Below the pieces are notes generated by a model. The model had not been told where the DNA came from. It did no database searches and saw nothing but the letters and a program-made list of their open reading frames with translations. This document shows, piece after piece, positions 57,954 through 64,000 of a stretch of DNA of 64,000 bases; the first letter of the stretch is position 1; each line of letters opens with the position of its first letter. The DNA lies in the NCBI GenBank assembly GCA_951406725.2, contig OX597832.1, forward strand, positions 29,016,001 to 29,080,000, in the 5' to 3' direction. The position numbers and the translations under genes are program-made. This stretch comes from Octopus vulgaris (lineage: Eukaryota).

Positions 57954-59464
57954 ATCATTCTATATTTAGTCAATGATAATGAGTTGTGTACCCTTGAAAG
58001 GAATCTCGAACCAATTCCACCAAACAATGGCTAATGAACTTCAAGATTTAATTATTTATTCCACAATTTGTTACAATCAAACAGTTCCACGAGGTTTGGC
58101 CAACAATAAGAAATGGCAGAAAAATTCTATCGGAACTAATCGATAAGTCCGAATAATCGGTTAGAGTCATACTAATTGGTTGTGCAAGTGTGAAAATCAA
58201 TATCGAATGTAGATCAAATATAATTGCAATTCCTACCGACACTGCGTTGGTACCTTTTGCCGCTAGTTTTAGTTGTTGTTTTACTTTTTTTTTTCTTTAT
58301 TTTATTGAGTTTCTCACAATTTTATGCTTCGTCCTTCCAGATTAACCTCTCTTTCCTCTTCCCCCCTCTCTCTCTCTTTCTTTCTTTCTTTTTCTCTCTT
58401 GTCAGAGAGCATCAGAAAGTCTCTTTGCCAATCTATAACAATTAGACCGAGAGCAGTGGAAGCACTTTTCGGAATCTGTCGTATTGCGACGCATCTTGAC
58501 GAAAGCCATAATAACCAAGCGCGAGCCATTCCTTCCCAAATTACAATCGTACAGCAATTAGAACTCACTGCTACAAAACTAGCGAAACACACAACAAGCA
58601 TGCTATGCTACCACTTACTACTTCTTACAATGAGTTATACACCTTACTAACACTTATTTGTGTGATTATTGCCTATAATCAAAGGCATCTCCGCCGCGAC
58701 CATCTGTCTTCTCTTTTTTTTTTCAGATACAACGTATCTAGGACTACATTATCAGCGTGTGCTTCCCATTGTTTTAAAGATAGTACGGTGTGATATGAAA
58801 GAGAGTTGGCTGTTATAACTAGCAGACCCAGCGACCAGGTAAAGGCGCGACTTTATTAAGCCTATATGAAACAAGGTCTGGGACGATGTTTTGGCAACGA
58901 GTTCTCTACCGATTCCCAGTTTCCAAACTGGGAACCATCAGAGAAAAGACTACCAGCCTGACAAAACAAATTATATAAACTTAACCAAACACAAATTATA
59001 ACGAAGGGGGAGATACCTCCACCTCTCCTTCCATGCCCACCTCCTAATAACTGAGAAATAGTGTTTATTTATTTGGTTTTTCTTGGCAAAAATAAACCAA
59101 CTGACGTTGAAGTGTTTGTTTTGCCTGGTGTTTGGCGTTTATTTAGACAGGAATCGTCAAAGAAATCAAATCTTTGGTCAGGAATTAGAACTTGTTTAAA
59201 CATTCAACACAACTTGAACAGTTTTTCTTGCAATCTTCACCGAAATTCTATTAAAATAGTTACATTTCTATATAGCTGTATGTGTGTGTGTGTGTGTAGA
59301 AAGTATGTTAGCGTTTCTTAGTGGGGTGGGGTACAGGTATGAGTTTGGGTGGTGTGTGTAGGAAAGAATAGACGTGTGGGGGTCACTATGAAAGAAAAAT
59401 TATGTTCATGCTTGGGGATGTGTTCTTGCACGAGTGTCGACGATAATTATTGTATGCGTGTGTG

Positions 59465-60290
<826 letters not shown>

Positions 60291-60444
60291 ACATTTATAC
60301 ATCTGTGTACGCGTGTGTGTTTAGTGTTTATACATAATAGCTTCTGAGTCTGTGAATTAGTTTCTTACAAAATTTCTACATTTCAAAATTTTTCTTTTTT
60401 TCTCTTAGTATTATTTATTCATATACAACGCGAAGAAATGTAAA

Positions 60445-61268
<824 letters not shown>

Positions 61269-61654
61269 TTGAAGGAAAATGTAATTTCGCGTCGAAGATA
61301 AACGGTGTAAAGGAAGAACGTGAGGGTGTCTTTAACCTTCGCTGGTTTTTAATTAAATCTCCATATGTAATAAAGAGTTTTGAATAACGAGGAGGACCTG
61401 TCCCGTCATTTTAACTGACAGCTGAGAGATTGTTAGGGGTGGGCGAGGGCGAGGAGGCGGCGTTTGGGTAATGTTTAGAATGGTATCAGATGGAATGTAA
61501 TAATGTTTGTTGATTTCTTTAACGTTGAGGCCGCCATATTTGGTAAGATACGTGATAATGTTTGTTGTTTGTTGGTTGTTTGTTGTTGGTTGTTGTTGAC
61601 AAATATTCCAAACTTGCATTAAAACATGTCTTTCAAGGAGAGTCACTGACCAGT

Positions 61655-62290
61655 GGTGAGTGAGTGAGTGAAATAGGGAAGGGGAGGAAGGAAGGAGAGA
61701 GTGAGTGGGAGAGAGAAGGAGGAGGGTGGGAGAGAGGGAAGAGAAGGGGTGAAAGAGAATGAGTGAAAGAAGGGGAGGGAAAGAATGAGAGAGAGAGAGA
61801 GGGAAGGAGAGAATGAGTGAGAGAGACAGGGAAGGAGAGAATAAGTGAGAGGAGGGAAGGAGAAGGAGAGAATGAGTGAAGAGAGAGAGAGACTTTGAGA
61901 GAAGGAATGAGATAGGGAGGGAGGGATAGAATGAATGATAGAGGGAAATGAGAGAATGAGTGAGAAAGAAAAGAGAGAGAGAAGGAGGGAGGGAGAGAGA
62001 ATGAATGAGAGAAGAAGGGAAGGAGGGAGGAAGAGAATGAGTGAGAGTGGGAGGGAAGGAGAGAATGCATGAGATGAGGAGGGAGGGAGAGAATTATTGA
62101 AAGAGGGAAAGAAGGAGAGAATCTGTGAGAGAGAAGGGAGAGAGAATGAGTGAGAGAAGGAGGGAGGGAGAGAGAATGAGTGAGAATGGGAGGGGAGTAG
62201 GAGAGAAAAAAGAGTGAGAGAAGGGGGCAATGAGGAGAAGGAGAAAGATGAATGAATGTGAGAGGGAGAGAGAGGGTGAAAGAGAATATA
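61655..62290. repeat. GA-rich tract with recurrent gagaatgagtgaga unit
   Basis: Directly visible. Confidence 0.93.
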
Positions 62291-62614
62291 GATATTGAGG
62301 AATGATTGGAGGAAGATTTGGCTGCTATTTTCAAACAGATCCAACGACCACATAGACGCAGCCTCGGTGACTCCAACACTTCCGGTTTAAACCCATGCTG
62401 GTTTCTGCCGATTGAAAACTCTTCAGCTCAATTCATATCGATCTCAGAATCGATCGATGGGCAAACTCGGACTTTTATGATAATATTTCTATAGCCAGGT
62501 ACTTCTGGCATTGAACCCCCACTCCACACACACACACACTTAGAGGGGGGAGCACAAGGCCCTCACATGGTTGAACCACAGAGGCTGGTGGTTCTCGTTT
62601 TCAGCTGAATAACG

Positions 62615-62729
62615 ACGTGAGTAGAAGTATCTTGTTCAAGGACATAATCTACTGCCCAGTCTGGAAATCGAACCTACGACTTTACGATCGTGAGCCCAAC
62701 ACCTCTAACCACTTAGTCACGTGCCTTCA
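62615..62729 (-). mobile_element. Diverged SINE D head
   Basis: Minus strand gaaggcacgtgactaagtggttag...ggttcgatttcc...tgtccttgaacaagatac. Confidence 0.75.
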
Positions 62730-62930
62730 CAATCTAGCTAAAGTGGGAGAATTGGCCCTTTCATGCTGAATGGTAATTATCTAAAACAAGGAGCAAAAAT
62801 AGGAAGCCAGTAACCACCCCACCACGACCACCACGATCATCATCATCATCATCATCATCATCCTCATCATCACCACCATCACTACTATTATTAATACTAC
62901 TATTTCTACTACTGCTATTACTACTTGTGT

Positions 62931-64000
62931 AAACACTGCAGAGTGAGACGTAATTTGTTAATCCCCGATACGGTTTCGATATTAGTCTGAAATCATTTTG
63001 ACTTCAACCAGGATGGAAAAACGCATGAACATTACAAAATCCATAAGTGACCCCTTTTTCAGGGTCTCAGAAACTGAAAGGAGGAGAGGAGATTGTTTAT
63101 TCTCAGACTAGAGACCAGACCTAGAGATGTTTATATACCTGTCGTGGTTATTAGAAAATAAAATTTGTTTCGAGTATGAATTGAAACCGCTTCGCCGTAG
63201 TTCATGTCCACCTCGCTCTTTACTAAACAATTTCAGTCTCCCTTCACTCGATACAATAATTTTTTACGACCAAATATATTTCTTTTTTTTTTTCTTTTTT
63301 TTCCCTTTTTTTTTTTCGTTTTTAGTTTCATTTTTAAGTCGTTGGATTGACAAAATTGTTAGGGAAGTCAAACAAAATGCCTTGCGGTGTTTAGTACTAC
63401 CCTTTATTTTCTGAGTTCAAGTCCCAGCGAAATCAGTTCAGGGGTTTGTTTCTCTCTTCGGAGTTGATAAAATATATCTACTTCATCAAAAACCGAGTAG
63501 ATATATTCGACTGTACACCTACCCCTATGTTAGAAATCAATAAATATAAAGGAGAATGGACATGATACGCAGTGACGGTCCTACTTATCCAATTAAGTGA
63601 CGCAAAGGGAGTTAAAAGACTTCTAGATGGAATCGAAACTGGATCATTGTTTCGGGTCATCAGAATTTCTCCTCTTGGTGTATAGCACATGGTACGCTTT
63701 ACCAAACTAAAAAAATAAAAGCTTGGTGTTTCGACCCCGTTTATAACTGGTACTTACGTAATCGAACTCTAAAAGTGAAAAGACAAAGGCAGTCACAGTG
63801 GAATTTGAGCCCCATGTCTCTGAAGGCTGAAATTCAATACAGTAATGGAGCCAATGAGATTATTTACCGTCTCTGCCATATCACTTTTATTTCCTGTCCT
63901 GGTATTGTTGTCACAGAATATTGGATGGCAAACACTGTGGAGTGAGACGTAATTTCACGATACGGTTTCGATATTAGTCTGAAATCGTTTTGACTTCAAC
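62931..64000 (+). repeat. ~75-bp direct repeat pair about 1 kb apart (62931-63008 and 63930-64000, second copy cut by window end)
   Basis: gagtgagacgtaattt...cgatacggtttcgatattagtctgaaatc.ttttgacttcaac in both. Confidence 0.9.

Overview
This is AT-rich eukaryotic non-coding DNA, saturated with microsatellites ((TA)n, (CA)n, (TACA)n, (GATA)n, (AAT)n, (GGT)n, (TAG)n, GA/CT tracts). Its tRNA-derived SINEs and overall composition point to an octopus (coleoid cephalopod) genome; that assignment is inference. I find no intact protein-coding gene, rRNA, true tRNA or CRISPR array, and nearly all listed ORFs are translated microsatellites. Supportable content: about four SINE families in many copies (two with clear 14-17 bp target-site duplications); decayed RTE, R4/Dong-type and Penelope-like (Naiad-type GIY-YIG) retroelement coding relics; a Tc1 transposase relic; hAT-like MITEs; minisatellites; and a few transcription-factor motif clusters. 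The most notable signal is a set of short insertions built as a long copy plus an inverted head-to-head stub (2170-2462, 8622-8906, 37675-37967). Two of these carry hammerhead-ribozyme folds, and one fuses a tRNA-like Pol III head to a hammerhead inside an 8-bp TSD. These are candidate ribozyme-bearing SINE/retrozyme-like elements mobilised by Penelope-like reverse transcriptases. All calls were made by eye; coordinates of degraded repeats are approximate.
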